A stretch of DNA of 64,000 nt from Octopus bimaculoides (Eukaryota): assembly GCF_001194135.2 (NCBI RefSeq), contig NC_068988.1, forward strand, positions 94,797,932 to 94,861,931, in the 5' to 3' direction. The notes below the pieces were generated by a model. It was not told where the DNA came from and ran no database searches. It saw nothing but the letters and a program-made list of their open reading frames with translations. Numbering within the stretch: position 1 is the stretch's first letter; each line of letters starts with the position of its first letter. A program made the translations under genes and the position numbers. Of this stretch, positions 1 to 12,804 are shown piece by piece.

Positions 1-240
1 TTCTAATATAGCCTCGGGCCTTCCAAAGCCTTGAGAATGAATTTGGTAGATGGAAACTGAAAGAAGCCCGTCGTATATATGTATGTATGTGTGTGTGTGT
101 GCGCGCGTGCGTGTGTATGTGTGTCTTTTTTTCCCTGCCCCACACCACTTAACAATCAGTGTTGGTGTGATTAAGTCCCTGCTACCTAACGGTTCGGCAA
201 AAGACACCGATAGAATAAGAACTAGACTTTAAAAAACATT
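1..240 (+). mobile_element. tRNA-derived CORE-type SINE (family B); 5' head lies upstream of the window; internal (TA/TG)n tract
   Basis: Shares blocks 'gcctcgggcc..aaagccttg..tggtagatggaaactgaaagaagcccgtcgtatata' and 'cggttcggcaaaagacaccgatagaataag' with copies at 19362-19980 and 22048-22330. Confidence 0.85.
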
Positions 241-304
241 TCAGACCGTATGCCTTTTGTAGTAAGGAATATACTTTCCTATCTTATTCAAAATATAGAT
301 GAGC

Positions 305-343
305 TTATAATTAAACTGGTTATAATTAAACTGGTTATAATTA
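305..343. repeat. 15-bp tandem repeat (ttataattaaactgg) x2.6
   Basis: Direct reading. Confidence 0.85.
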
Positions 344-1239
344 TTATAGTAAATGCTATTTGAACATTATAGTTAATTTTGCTAACAACGACACAGAAAA
401 ATGACTAAACCGAATATCTTGAAATATTTCGTTATTTCAATAGTTTCAATCGAAATCTCAACAAGATCATCATCATCCGCTTTCTGAAAAAAAAAAAGCA
501 GTTGAAATTGTTGTTTTGCGGTCGAGTCCTGTTGGAGTTTTCGGTGGAATCATAGGCTCACGTTCTGAAGACTTCCACTTCACTTACATGTGTCTAGCGC
601 AGTGAGTCATACACCCTCATTTTCCCCCTCAGGCTATACAAGCCAAGACACGCTTTCCAACGATGACTGGCCTGCAATTAATTGCTCTGGTTAATTCTTC
701 CTAAACCACTTTTGGGAAGCTATACCGAACCATTTGAGAGTAAGCAGCCAAGGGCTGAAGGTCTTGAAGACAGTGCCAGGAACAGAATACGAGCTATTGA
801 TTCTCTCAGCGGGTTGTCCACTGGCACTTCCATTCCGTGTATCACATCGGTGATTTATTTTAATTGAAGTTTGGACTCATTGATTAAAAAAAAAAACATT
901 TGTGAGGAGGGGCAGCTGGATTAGGCAGAGGATAGATGTCATGAGAAGAGTAACCTGCGTCGATCAGACAAAATAAATCGAAGACAATCAATTTCTAATT
1001 AGTGAAAGTTGTTACCTTTCAAATTGAGTGTAACTTTGGAAGCATACGTTTGCTACCTTGTGGAATCTGGAAGTACAGCAGAAAATAGAAGAATTGGAAT
1101 TTTAAGTTCTGTCAAATACCTTGGTGCTTATAAAAATAATGAAATGATACCAATTTTCGAAAGACAAATATTTGTTACTCAATCGTTCACTGACTCTTCT
1201 CTTCCACCTATGTGTGTATGTATACATATATGTGTGTGC

Positions 1240-1270
<31 letters not shown>

Positions 1271-1794
1271 AGTAAAAGCAGACGAATGGATGATATGCAA
1301 CTGCTTTAGTAGTTTCGAATCTTTACTGTAACCTAAACATGGTACAGCTATGTATGCAATGAGCACAACATCCCTGAACTTTACGCAACTTTACGCAACT
1401 CTAAGCCTGATGAGTTGGGAGTAGCACAGCGTATTACATGATATTAAGGATGTTGGGCATACTACGTACCTGATTATACCTAGTATACATCACAAAAAAA
1501 AATTCTCAATGAAACAATTGCAATTGTAGCCGTACCACATTATCCATTCGTTTGATTTTATTATGATTTTACGCCACTCTTAAGATTCCATTCATTCTTT
1601 GGAAACTACTGGAGTTGCAGCTGAGAATTACCATACAACATTGAACTTCCCTTCATCGATATATTCTGTGCTATCATAATAGATTACTTAGTGAACTCTC
1701 TGATTTGCGTTATTCTGTCTAGCCTTCAATTGTGGCGTGCTTCACTCTGATACGTCTCGATCCTTAATGGATCCCCCTTCAATCAAAATCATAT

Positions 1795-1795
1795 A

Positions 1796-1854
<59 letters not shown>

Positions 1855-1860
1855 GCATAT
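1795..1860. repeat. (TA)n microsatellite
   Basis: Direct reading. Confidence 0.95.
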
Positions 1861-2730
1861 ATAATCCTGAAGATATATGCAATACATACATATATATTTA
1901 ATATATATATAGTGCATATATAATTCATAAAGTATGCATAATGTATGCGTACCTTATCAATGCGTAAACACCAATACAATACATAAAAATATGGAGTATA
2001 TAAAAATACTAACAATATTTTAAAAATCAAACAACATAAAACAGCAAACTAAACAGAAATGGCAGCGAATTCCTCTTGAATCAAAACCTACCGTCTCTGA
2101 ATGAAAAGAACTGAATATAAGATAATGTATTCTATTTTCTGAAAAGAGAGGTCATGTCTAGAATTCCTTTGATCACGGTTCTGCTTCATCAGGATTGCGC
2201 CTCCGGTTAAATAACAACACCACTTCAAATGAAGATGATAGGAGCGACATTGCTACAACAACAGCAACAACAACAACTGCAATAACTGTATGATAAGCAC
2301 CGAAGTAAAGTCACAGCAAATGTTACATTGAACAATATCAAAAGCATTAACAACAACAACAACAACAACAAACACTATAATACTTCATACGTATTACAAC
2401 TCAACGAAATAATGATCACGTGATCGGCGACGATATAGAACATAATGTATGTTTTTAAATAAAAGTTTCTTTCCTTTTTTTTCAGCAATATAGTTTATGA
2501 GTCAATGAGATAAACACTATGCGGTTGGCCCACCCTGTAGATATGGCACCTAAGTGGCCTTCACATCATACCCTACTACAGTTGTCATTGGACTATATAT
2601 TTTTTGATAGACCTCATATTTTAACCGTTCTATTTCGTGCAGCCGTTGTCCATTTACATTCGCCATCTTTAAATAACAAGATATTTCTACTACTATGCCT
2701 CTCGTCCATGACAGAGAAGCGTTTTTACGA

Positions 2731-2937
2731 TATTCTGTTCTACTCTAGGCACAAGGCCCGAAATGTTTGGGAAGTGGAGCAGTCGATTAAATCGACCCCA
2801 GTACGCAACTGGTACTTAATTTATTGACTCCGAAAGGATCGAAGGCAAAGTTAACCTCGGCGGAATTTGAATTCAGAACGTAAAGACAGACGAAATACCG
2901 CTAAGCATTTCGCCCGGCCTGCTAATATTTCTACCGC
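2731..2937 (-). mobile_element. tRNA-derived SINE family A (near full length)
   Basis: The minus strand reads a B-box-like 'ctgaattcaaattccgccgagg', the central 'tttgccttcgatcctttcggagtcaataaattaagtaccagttgcgtactggggtcgat' block and a 'gccttgtgcctagagtagaa' tail, all shared with many copies in the window. The central block resembles the Inv/Nin conserved SINE domain (from recall, unverified). Confidence 0.9.
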
Positions 2938-4689
2938 TTTTTCGATATTACCGCTCATAGCAAACTTTTGGAATAATATTTTTTTCCATTGGTTCTTTAC
3001 ATACGGCCATCTAATGATTCCCATCTTGTCAAACTGGCCTTTTTTCAACAAGACTAAATATAGATTACTGTGCATGCAAACCAAAATATCAACGGTGCCG
3101 TGTGTTTGTCTTAGGCACATCCATGAAAAGTGTTCGAAACGTGAATAACGCACCTTCAAAAAAAGTTCCAGCCGAAAGCTCTTTAAAAAGACTGGATGAT
3201 TACGGTTGGAACATTTTAAAACGATGCTGGAATGTCACAGCTGGGAAGTTATTGAAAGATGGGCCGAAGACATACACGGACATATTTCATCTCTATAATT
3301 ACCGTTCATATTTAATCACATGAAAAGAAACCAGGAAAAGATAGCAGGCTATAAACGGTCACGTGATGAAGTAACATTTGAATCGTCTGCCGAATCGAAA
3401 GAGCGCCGGGACAGATGAAGTCCTAAAAGCACATAATTTCAATTAGTGATGCGTTTGGCATGGCCAGAATATCTTTCTTCATGGGTTTCGTTGATCAGTG
3501 CTGGTCTAGAAACAACGGCAACTATATTTTAAGAAACGCCATCATAGTTTCTATTGTAAAAATTGTAAAAACAAATTTATAGTGAAGTTCATTAGTTTGG
3601 ATTCAGTTCATAATCAAAAAAGAGGAACTTGACGTTTCAGGATGGAGACATCAGTTGAGAGAAAACACTTCTTTTAATTGTTTTATTCATTTGAAAAAGT
3701 TCATTTCTCTAAAGCTTCATTGTATAATTTTCACCGACACAGACTAGCATCAGGTCAGAAGATTCTGTGATTTTTTACGAAGTCTACAACTGATTTTTCA
3801 CAATTTCTTTCCATTTCTTCGAACGATGCTGACTAGACTGACATCACTTTATTAACTGTGACGAATCTTCCCCTCATTGAATCTTCTTCTGTCCTTCAAC
3901 GAAATTGTCTTTGGCTCTGAAGACACAGTAGACAAATTCTATAAAACACATCACACCACATTGGTGATTTAAATCAACCTCTGATTCGATTTTCAAGAAG
4001 TTCTTTGCTTTCTCTGTGTGTGCGTTTATGTGTTTCGAATTCTCCTCTTTCTCCTCCCCCTCTCTCTTCCTCTCTCTCTTTCTGTGAGTGCGTGTATATG
4101 AGTAGAAGTGGTTCTATATGCATGTGTGCTATTGTTATTGCGGGTTCTTGTTGTTGTTATCATTGTTGTTATGTTNNNNNNNNNNNNNNNNNNNNNNNNN
4201 NNNNNNNNNNNNNNNNNNNNNNNNNNNNNNNNNNNNNNNNNNNNNNNNNNNNNNNNNNNNNNNNNNNNNNNNNNNNNNNNNNNNNNNNNNNNNNNNNNNN
4301 NNNNNNNNNNNNNNNNNNNNNNNNNNNNNNNNNNNNNNNNNNNNNNNNNNNNNNNNNNNNNNNNNNNNNNNNNNNNNNNNNNNNNNNNNNNNNNNNNNNN
4401 NNNNNNNNNNNNNNNNNNNNNNNNNNNNNNNNNNNNNNNNNNNNNNNNNNNNNNNNNNNNNNNNNNNNNNNNNNNNNNNNNNNNNNNNNNNNNNNNNNNN
4501 NNNNNNNNNNNNNNNNNNNNNNNNNNNNNNNNNNNNNNNNNNNNNNNNNNNNNNNNNNNNNNNNNNNNNNNNNNNNNNNNNNNNNNNNNNNNNNNNNNNN
4601 NNNNNNNNNNNNNNNNNNNNNNNNNNNNNNNNNNNNNNNNNNNNNNNNNNNNNNNNNNNNNNNNNNNNNNNNNNNNNNNNNNNNNNNNN

Positions 4690-4723
<34 letters not shown>

Positions 4724-4751
4724 TTCTCTTTACCCCTCTAAGTGTCTCTCC

Positions 4752-4759
<8 letters not shown>

Positions 4760-4788
<29 letters not shown>

Positions 4789-5364
4789 TTCTCTCCATCT
4801 CTTTTAGTGCATGTCTATCAGCCTCTTTCTTTCAATTTCTTTCTCTCTCTCACTCACTCTCTCTCCCTCTCCCCCCTCTCTTTCTCTCTCTCTCTCTCTC
4901 TCCCCCATTCATTCACTTTCTCTGATTCATATACTTTGGAGTAAAAACCGACCCAAAGATGGATGTTCCAAATCGCTATTCTCTGCCACTAACTCTTCTC
5001 TCACATCCCTCTCTCTTTCCCAGCCATCTCTCTCTCTCTCTCTCTCTTTCTACCCCTGGCTCTCTCTCTCTCTCACTGTCTGTCTCTGTGTCTGTCAGTC
5101 TACCTGTCTGTCTGTCTGTTTCTCTGTGTGTGTGTCTATCTCTCTCGTTCACTCACTCTCTCAGTCTCTCTCCCTCTTTCTCTCTCTCTTTCTATCTATC
5201 TCCCTCTCTTTCTCTCTCTCTCTGTTTCTCTCTCTATCTCCCTCTCTCGCTTTCTCATTCACATGAGCCTTGTCTTCTGTTTGTACTGTATTCTAGCCTG
5301 TCTGCTCCCATGCTAGGCACTTAAGGCAAGGAATTTCCAAGACAGCAGGCAGCAACAAACAAAC

Positions 5365-5415
<51 letters not shown>

Positions 5416-5430
5416 ACACGCACACACATA
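4760..5430. repeat. Compound (TA)n/(CT)n/(CA)n microsatellite field
   Basis: Direct reading; explains the LSLS-type ORFs. Confidence 0.9.
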
Positions 5431-5935
5431 CACACAAACAAACAACACTCCACTAACATCAAGGGGATTAGAAACTCTATTCCTAGTCGTCACAGCCTTC
5501 CCTCAACCCGAACCCACGTCCCACAGAACATCAATTCTTCCTAATTGCCTTCATACCTTTTTCGTCTCTTTTTCTTTGGGATATTTTGTTTTTGAGAGGT
5601 TTTAATTTTATGCTTGTTTTTTTGTTTTAATTTCCCAGTTTTTTTTATTTATTTATCTATATTTTTTGTACTTTCTGCCTTGTCTTAGATTTTATAAGCT
5701 ACTACGAATTTTTTTGTTTTCTTTGTTCCTGGTGTTGTTATTGTTGTTGTTGTTAGTTGCAGGAGTTGTTGTTGTTGATCTGGCTAAATGCATTTATTTT
5801 TTGGGCCCCATCCCCTTCCTCCATATTCCTCTCAAGTTCTACGTTATTCCAGGTCTTCTTCTAAACTTACTACTTCTACTACCACAACTGCAGCTCCTAC
5901 TGCTACAAGTACTGCTACTACAAATAATAAACCTT

Positions 5936-6105
5936 TCTTTTATAGGCACAAGGCCTGAAATACTAGGGAGGGGCATAATAGATTACATCAACCCAAGTAC
6001 TTATTTTTATCGACTCAGAAAGGATGAAAGGCAAAGTGTACCTCAGCGGTATTTGTACTCAGAATGTAGTCCGGTACTCTAGCGACTCTCCCAGATCGCC
6101 GCCTT
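5936..6105 (-). mobile_element. SINE family A, diverged with internal deletion
   Basis: 'taggcacaaggcctgaaat..atcgactcagaaaggatgaaaggcaaagt..tcgccgcct' matches family A. Confidence 0.8.
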
Positions 6106-6147
6106 AAAACTACGAACTACGAACAACGACAATAAGAATAATAATCC

Positions 6148-6257
6148 TTTCTATTATAGGCACAAGTCTTAAATTTGTGGGGAAAGTGTAAGTTGATTAC
6201 ATAGACCCCAGTGTGTGACTGGTACGTAATCTATCGACCCCGAAAGAATGGAAGGCT
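6148..6257 (-). mobile_element. SINE family A, 3' half only
   Basis: Tail and central block present; sequence switches to a LINE fragment at ~6260. Confidence 0.75.
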
Positions 6258-6259
6258 GG

Positions 6260-6590
6260 TAAAGAAAAGAAAGCATGATCAATTTCATAAGGATGTTGAA
6301 GATAAGAGACATAGAAAAGAAACATGGCTGTGGATAACTAGGAGTGATTTAAAACCGGAAACGGAGGATCTAATCTGTGCTGCTCAAGAGCAAGCACTAA
6401 GAACAAACTACATAAATACAGATTTGACAACACATCAGAAAGTGATAAGTGCAGAATCTGTGGACAAAACGGTGAAACCGTATGGCATATTACCAGCCAA
6501 TGTACGCCACTAGCCCAGAAGGAATATAAGAGACACCACGACAATATAGCCAGGCTTGTCCATTGGACACTCTGCAACAAGTATGGACTT
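6260..6590 (+). mobile_element. Decayed R4/Dong-type (RLE clade) non-LTR retrotransposon fragment: post-RT region and CCHC zinc knuckle
   Basis: Translation across one frameshift: TWLWITRSDLKPETEDLICAAQEQALRTNY / CRICGQNGETVWHITSQCTPLAQKEYKRHHDNIARLVHWTLCNKYGL. This is the CxxCx8HxxxxC knuckle plus the RHD-like motif typical of R2/R4-type elements. Confidence 0.85.
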
Positions 6591-7395
6591 TTGGATCGGT
6601 CAAAAGATTTTGGTAGGTTTCGTTTTACAACACGCGAAAGCAGAGGAGGTTGAAATGCTGCCCTCGCAAATCTTCGAGCAATCCTCAAGAAAGAACCCCT
6701 GATAAGGACTAGAGCTTGGAGCCATAGGAGATGACAGAAGAGAGAAGAAAAGACAACTGCCTTCCTGACTTACCACAGCTGATTCATGAAGCGGTTTCTC
6801 GATGAAAACAGAACCCGACAATTGTTTTATTCCAAGGATAGCCTTTATGAACATCTCCCAAGTGATAGTCAGACCAGTCACCGGACTTGTGCAATGAACT
6901 TATAAAATCACCAAAACCACCAGTGAAATCCAGTTGAGAGAAATGAAAGATGTAAGAAAGGTAATCTCGAGTTCGGTACCAGGTCCATGTAGAATCTTAT
7001 GGAAAGTCTACGAGAACTGTCCAAAGCTACAAACAACCCCATCGGCATTGGAAGGCCCTGACGATAGTTTGGAGGAGGGGTGGTCCTTATGGAAATATGC
7101 TAAAGGGACATGCACATCCAAAGAGAAGAAGGCTGAGAATAGCGACCGATTTCGCATCAAGCTTTTCTTAAGAGAAAAGAGACTCTCTGACTTCCTGCTG
7201 CACAATAGTTCCTTCGACGCGTCGGTACAGGTGGGAGACACAGCAGAAGCCCCTAGTCACCTCGAACACAGAAGCATGTAGTTCCAGGTCATCATGGAGG
7301 AATGACAACGAAAGGAGAGGATCTAGCTGTGCTCGGGCTAAACCGAGTCAACGACAGTGGTTCAATGCCAGACAGGCTGCGAGGAAGAGAGGGGA
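6591..7395 (+). mobile_element. Decayed HERO/NeSL-like (RLE clade) non-LTR retrotransposon fragment, N-terminal RT region
   Basis: SSVPGPCRILWKVYENCPKL..EKRLSDFLLHNSSFDASVQVG..SHLEH..KGEDLAVLGLNRVNDSGSMP aligns by eye with the SAPGPxGxPYKVYKxCPKL..RLxxFLxxNxxIDTSVQKG..GCLEH..DLxVxWLDLANAYGSVP pattern; multiple stops and frameshifts. Confidence 0.7.
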
Positions 7396-7409
7396 AGAAA
7401 CACAGGAAG

Positions 7410-7672
7410 GTATATGTATATGAGTCTTTGCATATATATCTTGTATATAGATATATATATATATATTTGTAAATATATATACATACGCACACGTATATGA
7501 TATAAACACATAAATACGTACATACATACATGCAAACATATATGTATATAATTAGTACATCCTTAAAGTACGTACTTATACATATATAAACGTATGTGTA
7601 TACACGTGTGTGTGTGCGCGCACGCGCGTGCGTTTGTATCTATGTGTGCGTGCATGTGTGCGTGCGTGTATA

Positions 7673-7712
<40 letters not shown>

Positions 7713-7725
7713 GGTGTGTGTGTGT
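7410..7725. repeat. Compound (TA)n/(TG)n microsatellite
   Basis: Direct reading. Confidence 0.9.
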
Positions 7726-8467
7726 AACTTGGTATTTCGCCGTCAGTGGTGCCGAGGACTTGGAAAGGTAAATACAGAATAAAAAGATGTACGTTTTTGT
7801 TTCTTTCCCTGATCACGTGTGAAACTACAGCAGCAGTAGCAGCAGTAGTAGTAGTTGTAGTAGTCGTTGTTGTCGTTGTTGTTGCTGTTGTTGTCCCCCC
7901 CCCCGCCCCTTACTGCTTTTAACTGCAATTCAAGGACGTCTCGCCAGCGAAGTATTTCTACCTGTGAACTCCCCCAGATGTCTATCTTGAAACGGTCCTT
8001 AATCAAAGAGTGAAAAGAGAGATGAATCTTAAATGTCAGAGCTGTTGGGTTTTTCAAAGCCAACTCCTAAAGCTGCATTCACATCATGAGCTTGATGAAG
8101 CTGATGAAGATATAACAAGCTTTTCAACTCTTTCAATTCTGTTTGCTCTTATAATTTCAGACAATGTATTCAAAACTCTCCGCTTCTTCAGCTTACACAG
8201 CACCGCTGACAGACAAGCACTCTCCAACGCATTCTACTATTATAATGCAATTAAACGTTCCGGTATGTATATAAAACAGTCGCTCTTATAAACACAATTT
8301 CTTTTCTTTTCTTCTCCTTTTCTCACACTTAATGTTGCTCCCTCTTTTCTATCTCACATGGACTGTGCTACAAAATGAATTAGCTTGCTTCTTATCGTTC
8401 CTTTCTTTCTTTCTTTGTCTTCACTTCATTATCTCCCTTTCTCCTCTAGCATGTAGAAAGTTCTCTC

Positions 8468-8510
<43 letters not shown>

Positions 8511-8907
8511 NNNNNNNNNNNNNNNNNNNNNNNNNNNNNNNNNNNNNNNNNNNNNNNNNNNNNNNNNNNNNNNNNNNNNNNNNNNNNNNNNNNNNNNNNN
8601 NNNNNNNNNNNNNNNNNNNNNNNNNNNNNNNNNNNNNNNNNNNNNNNNNNNNNNNNNNNNNNNNNNNNNNNNNNNNNNNNNNNNNNNNNNNNNNNNNNNN
8701 NNNNNNNNNNNNNNNNNNNNNNNNNNNNNNNNNNNNNNNNNNNNNNNNNNNNNNNNNNNNNNNNNNNNNNNNNNNNNNNNNNNNNNNNNNNNNNNNNNNN
8801 NNNNNNNNNNNNNNNNNNNNNNNNNNNNNNNNNNNNNNNNNNNNNNNNNNNNNNNNNNNNNNNNNNNNNNNNNNNNNNNNNNNNNNNNNNNNNNNNNNNN
8901 NNNNNNN

Positions 8908-8984
<77 letters not shown>

Positions 8985-8985
8985 G

Positions 8986-9056
8986 ACGACAGGCTTCTTT
9001 CAGTTTCAGGAGCATGTGGTTGTGAAGGAAGCTTCTTACCACACAGCCACGTCTGC
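8986..9056 (-). mobile_element. SINE family B head with internal deletion
   Basis: The minus strand reads 'gtggctgtgtggtaagaagcttcc..ctgaaactgaaagaagcctgtcgtc', followed by (TA)n(TG)n. Confidence 0.65.
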
Positions 9057-9179
9057 TCCTATGATTACTAAAAAGAATAAATTTTGTCCTGGTTACCTAA
9101 TAGAGTGCTTCACGTGTAATAAAGTAATCTGAGTTTTTTGCATTCAATTTAGCAATGTGGATGCCTTTCAATGAACGGA

Positions 9180-9525
9180 TGAGGGTCCCACCTCAAAGCA
9201 ACAGGCAAGAGAGAGACTCGAATAAAATCAGTTGATATAAATTTTAAATAGCGTAAACAAAACAAAACAGTTGTGAATGGTTTTGATCTAGTCGAGATTT
9301 GTGTCCACGATCTGGGATTGAACCGCTGAACTCAACGCGTTTTTGTCATTCTCTCTGTTTTTTCCTTGTATTCCTTTCTGTTGAAGAGCATAGGCTCGAA
9401 ACATAAAAGACTTTTTCATTTTTTCGCAAGTGTGAAACTAATACACTTGTTTGTTGCTCATACACCTGTCTTCGTCTTTTGTTTTTCTATAAATTTTTAT
9501 GAAAAAAAAATATAGTTATATGAAA
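9180..9525 (+). mobile_element. Penelope-like element 3' tail / pseudo-LTR fragment carrying a hammerhead motif
   Basis: Contains the CTGNNGA-A-stemII-GAAAC pattern characteristic of PLE tails; boundaries approximate. Confidence 0.5.
9374..9409 (+). ncRNA. Minimal type-I hammerhead-like motif with variant core CUGUUGA
   Basis: Helix I CTTT(9374-77)/AAAG(9406-09); core CTGTTGA(9378-84); stem II GAGC/GCTC with ATAG loop; GAAA(9398-9401); CA-TA cleavage-site region. A6 is U and helix III reads ACAU. Confidence 0.55.
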
Positions 9526-9699
9526 TCCTTCACTAAAATAAATCAATGGCTCTTTGTATGTGTATGTGTGTGTAATTTGTATGTGTAATTTGTATGTGTA
9601 TGTGTGTGTAATTGTACGTGTGTGAAGAGTCATGTTGCGGCTGGTTATATGCGAGTGAGTTTTTGCGAACGTTTATTTGTCCTTGTGAAAAAAGAATGA

Positions 9700-9850
9700 C
9701 TGAATGATTAAAAAGTTCGCTTCGCAATCACAAATTACCAGGTTCGAATCCATTACGTGGCGTCTCGCTATTTATCGTAGTCACGGATTGATTCAAGTCT
9801 TATAAGTGAAATTGTGCAAAAAGAAACTATACGGAAGCCCACTGGTTGTA
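9700..9850 (+). mobile_element. Degenerate SINE family B head
   Basis: B-box 'ggttcgaatcc' followed by degenerate 'agtcttataagtgaaattgtg..gaaactatacggaagccc'. Confidence 0.55.
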
Positions 9851-10285
9851 TTGAGCTTGTAATTCTAAAATGCAATCTTGCTTCTGCTCGAGAACGCACC
9901 TTCACTATTGTGGAAGAGCGTTCAGAGAACGATGAGAGGAGAGAGAGAGAGAAGTCACTGGAGTGCAAAGGGCCACATGAACTCAATAAGAACCGATTTG
10001 TCCGATAATTTAGTTGGTTGATCAAGACCAGGATAGAGGTAAGTTGTTGGTGTGTATGTGTGTGTGGGGATATTTTTGTTGTTTAACCCTAGGTCAGGTC
10101 TAAACGAGCAGATCTTCGTAAAATGTTCTGTTAATCTTAGTCAATCCTTTTCAGTTTCAAAGATTAAACTATGCGCTTGTTTATTGTAACATAAACAAAG
10201 AGTATTTTAATGGAGATTTGGACGTCATTGCTAGCAAGCAGCGGTGTTAGAGTACATTGTCTTGAGGCTTTTGCAGCAGCAGCAT

Positions 10286-10349
<64 letters not shown>

Positions 10350-11635
10350 TGTTGTTGAACATGATGATGGAGTTGGTGGAGGTGGAGGTGGTGGTGGTGT
10401 TGGTGGCGGTGATGAAGACGTTTATAGTAGAAGTGCTAGTAGTGCTGCTGTTGTTGCTGCTGTTGTTGTTGTTGTTTAGCTCCATCAGTTAAACTCTGAT
10501 CGAGCAGGACTAGCTCGAAGACGTTCCAACCAGGATGATTAGTGATGGCCGCGGTGATGGTGGGGCGGCCGTTGTGGCGACGTTCGTAACGATGGTGAGG
10601 GTAGAGGTGGTGGTAATGGTGGTGGTGGTTGTGGTTGTGTTTGTGGTGGCGATGGTGGTGGTGGTGGTGGTGGTGATGATGATGGTGGGGTGGTAGTGTT
10701 GGTTGTGGTGGTGGTGATGGTGGTTGTAGTGGTGATGGTGGTGGTGGTGGTGGTGGTTGTAGTATTGGTGGAGGTGATAGTGGTGGTGGGGGTANNNNNN
10801 NNNNNNNNNNNNNNNNNNNNNNNNNNNNNNNNNNNNNNNNNNNNNNNNNNNNNNNNNNNNNNNNNNNNNNNNNNNNNNNNNNNNNNNNNNNNNNNNNNNN
10901 NNNNNNGGTGGTTGTGGTTGTGTTTGTGGTGGCGATGGTGGTGGTGGTGGTGGTGGTGATGATGATGGTGGGGTGGTAGTGTTGGTTGTGGTGGTGGTGA
11001 TGGTGGTTGTAGTGGTGATGGTGGTGGTGGTGGTGGTGGTTGTATTAGTGGTTGTAGTAGTGGTGGTGGTGGTGGTGACAGGGGTGGTGGTGGTGGTGGT
11101 GGTGGTTGTAGTATTGGTGGAGGTGATAGTGGTGGTGGGGGTAGTGTATTTATCAACGCAATATAAGGTGATCAGTCACTGTGAGAACAGCTGCAAGTTT
11201 GGTCGGTGAAATTCTAACAACAGAAAGAAAGAGAGAGAGAGAGAGAGTGAGAGAGAGAGAGAGAGAGTGANNNNNNNNNNAGAGAGAGAGAGAGAGAGAG
11301 AGTGAGAGAGAGAGAGGGGTTGAGTGAGAGAGAAAGAGAGAGAGGTGGAGTGACATGCAGCCGTTACACATGTCCACAGCTATGACAGCCGTAACAAAAG
11401 AGAAGGACAAGAAACGCAGAAGTAACAAAACCGACAACAATGACATCGTCAACAGCAGCGCAGCCCACCCCAATACCCGAAACATCGGTTACATCAACAG
11501 CAGCTACATCATCACCATCACTATCAGCATTATCCCCATCACCATCGTGGTGGTGGTGGTGGTGGTGGTGGTGGTTGAGGTCGTCATCATTACCATCATC
11601 ATCATCCTGATCATCATCATCATCATCACCATCAA

Positions 11636-11667
<32 letters not shown>

Positions 11668-12390
11668 CCACCATCACCATCATCATCATTAACAACAACT
11701 TCATCAGTATTATTAGCCGAAGCAGTGACCGTAACAATAACAATCAGTAAGACCGTAACCACCACCANNNNNNNNNNNNNNNNNNNNNNNNNNNNNNNNN
11801 NNNNNNNNNNNNNNNNNNNNNNNNNNNNNNNNNNNNNNNNNNNNNNNNNNNNNNNNNNNNNNNNNNNNNNNNNNNNNNNNNNNNNNNNNNNNNNNNNNNN
11901 NNNNNNNNNNNNNNNNNNNNNNNNNNNNNNNNNNNNNNNNNNNNNNNNNNNNNNNNNNNNNNNNNNNNNNNNNNNNNNNNNNNNNNNNNNNNNNNNNNNN
12001 NNNNNNNNNNNNNNNNNNNNNNNNNNNNNNNNNNNNNNNNNNNNNNNNNNNNNNNNNNNNNNNNNNNNNNNNNNNNNNNNNNNNNNNNNNNNNNNNNNNN
12101 NNNNNNNNNNNNNNNNNNNNNNNNNNNNNNNNNNNNNNNNNNNNNNNNNNNNNNNNNNNNNNNNNNNNNNNNNNNNNNNNNNNNNNNNNNNNNNNNNNNN
12201 NNNNNNNNNNNNNNNNNNNNNNNNNNNNNNNNNNNNNNNNNNNNNNNNNNNNNNNNNNNNNNNNNNNNNNNNNNNNNNNNNNNNNNNNACCCCTCCTACC
12301 CCTCCTCCCCCTCCTCCTCCTCGTCATCGTCATCATCATCATCGTCATCATCATCGTCATCATCATCGTCATCATCATCATCATCATCAG
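10286..12390. repeat. Field of (TAG)n, (GGT)n, (GA)n and (CAT)n microsatellites with three gaps
   Basis: Direct reading; source of the poly-V/P/H/I/M ORFs. Confidence 0.9.
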
Positions 12391-12622
12391 TGCTATGTTT
12401 TACTGTCTGAATTACACCACTGCTTTTCTTTACATTAAGACGCTCTACAATTGAGAAGGATCTTCAAATTCAGAAGCCTTGTGCTGCAGCTTCTTGACTA
12501 TGAACCACGGGCCCTTCTCGTTTTGGTCATCTGTGAATTGCCACACTTTTCCAATCTACACAAGTAAAGCCACAAACGCGTCTCTGACATAGGAGCGAGA
12601 GAACGAGTGTTATGTTCATCGC

Positions 12623-12689
<67 letters not shown>

Positions 12690-12804
12690 GTATTAACGAT
12701 GTACATCAAAGGACGCTGGCTGGATCATAGGATCGTTAGTTCGTTGGATAAAAATGATTTGCTGTATTTGTTCAAGGTTCTTCGCATTTTTTGTTCAAAT
12801 TCTA

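Noticed and set aside
480-870. Possible LINE UTR or unknown repeat
   Set aside because: There is no second copy in the window and no coding motif to support a call.
10620-11145. Apparent duplication of a ~175-bp GGT-rich segment on both sides of a gap
   Set aside because: Most simply unmerged contig ends or two haplotypes across the gap; it cannot be called a real duplication without long reads.
12420-12560. Minus-strand peptide IGKVWQFTDDQNEKGPWFIVKKLQ..
   Set aside because: Short, ends in a stop, no recognisable family, and no convincing donor.
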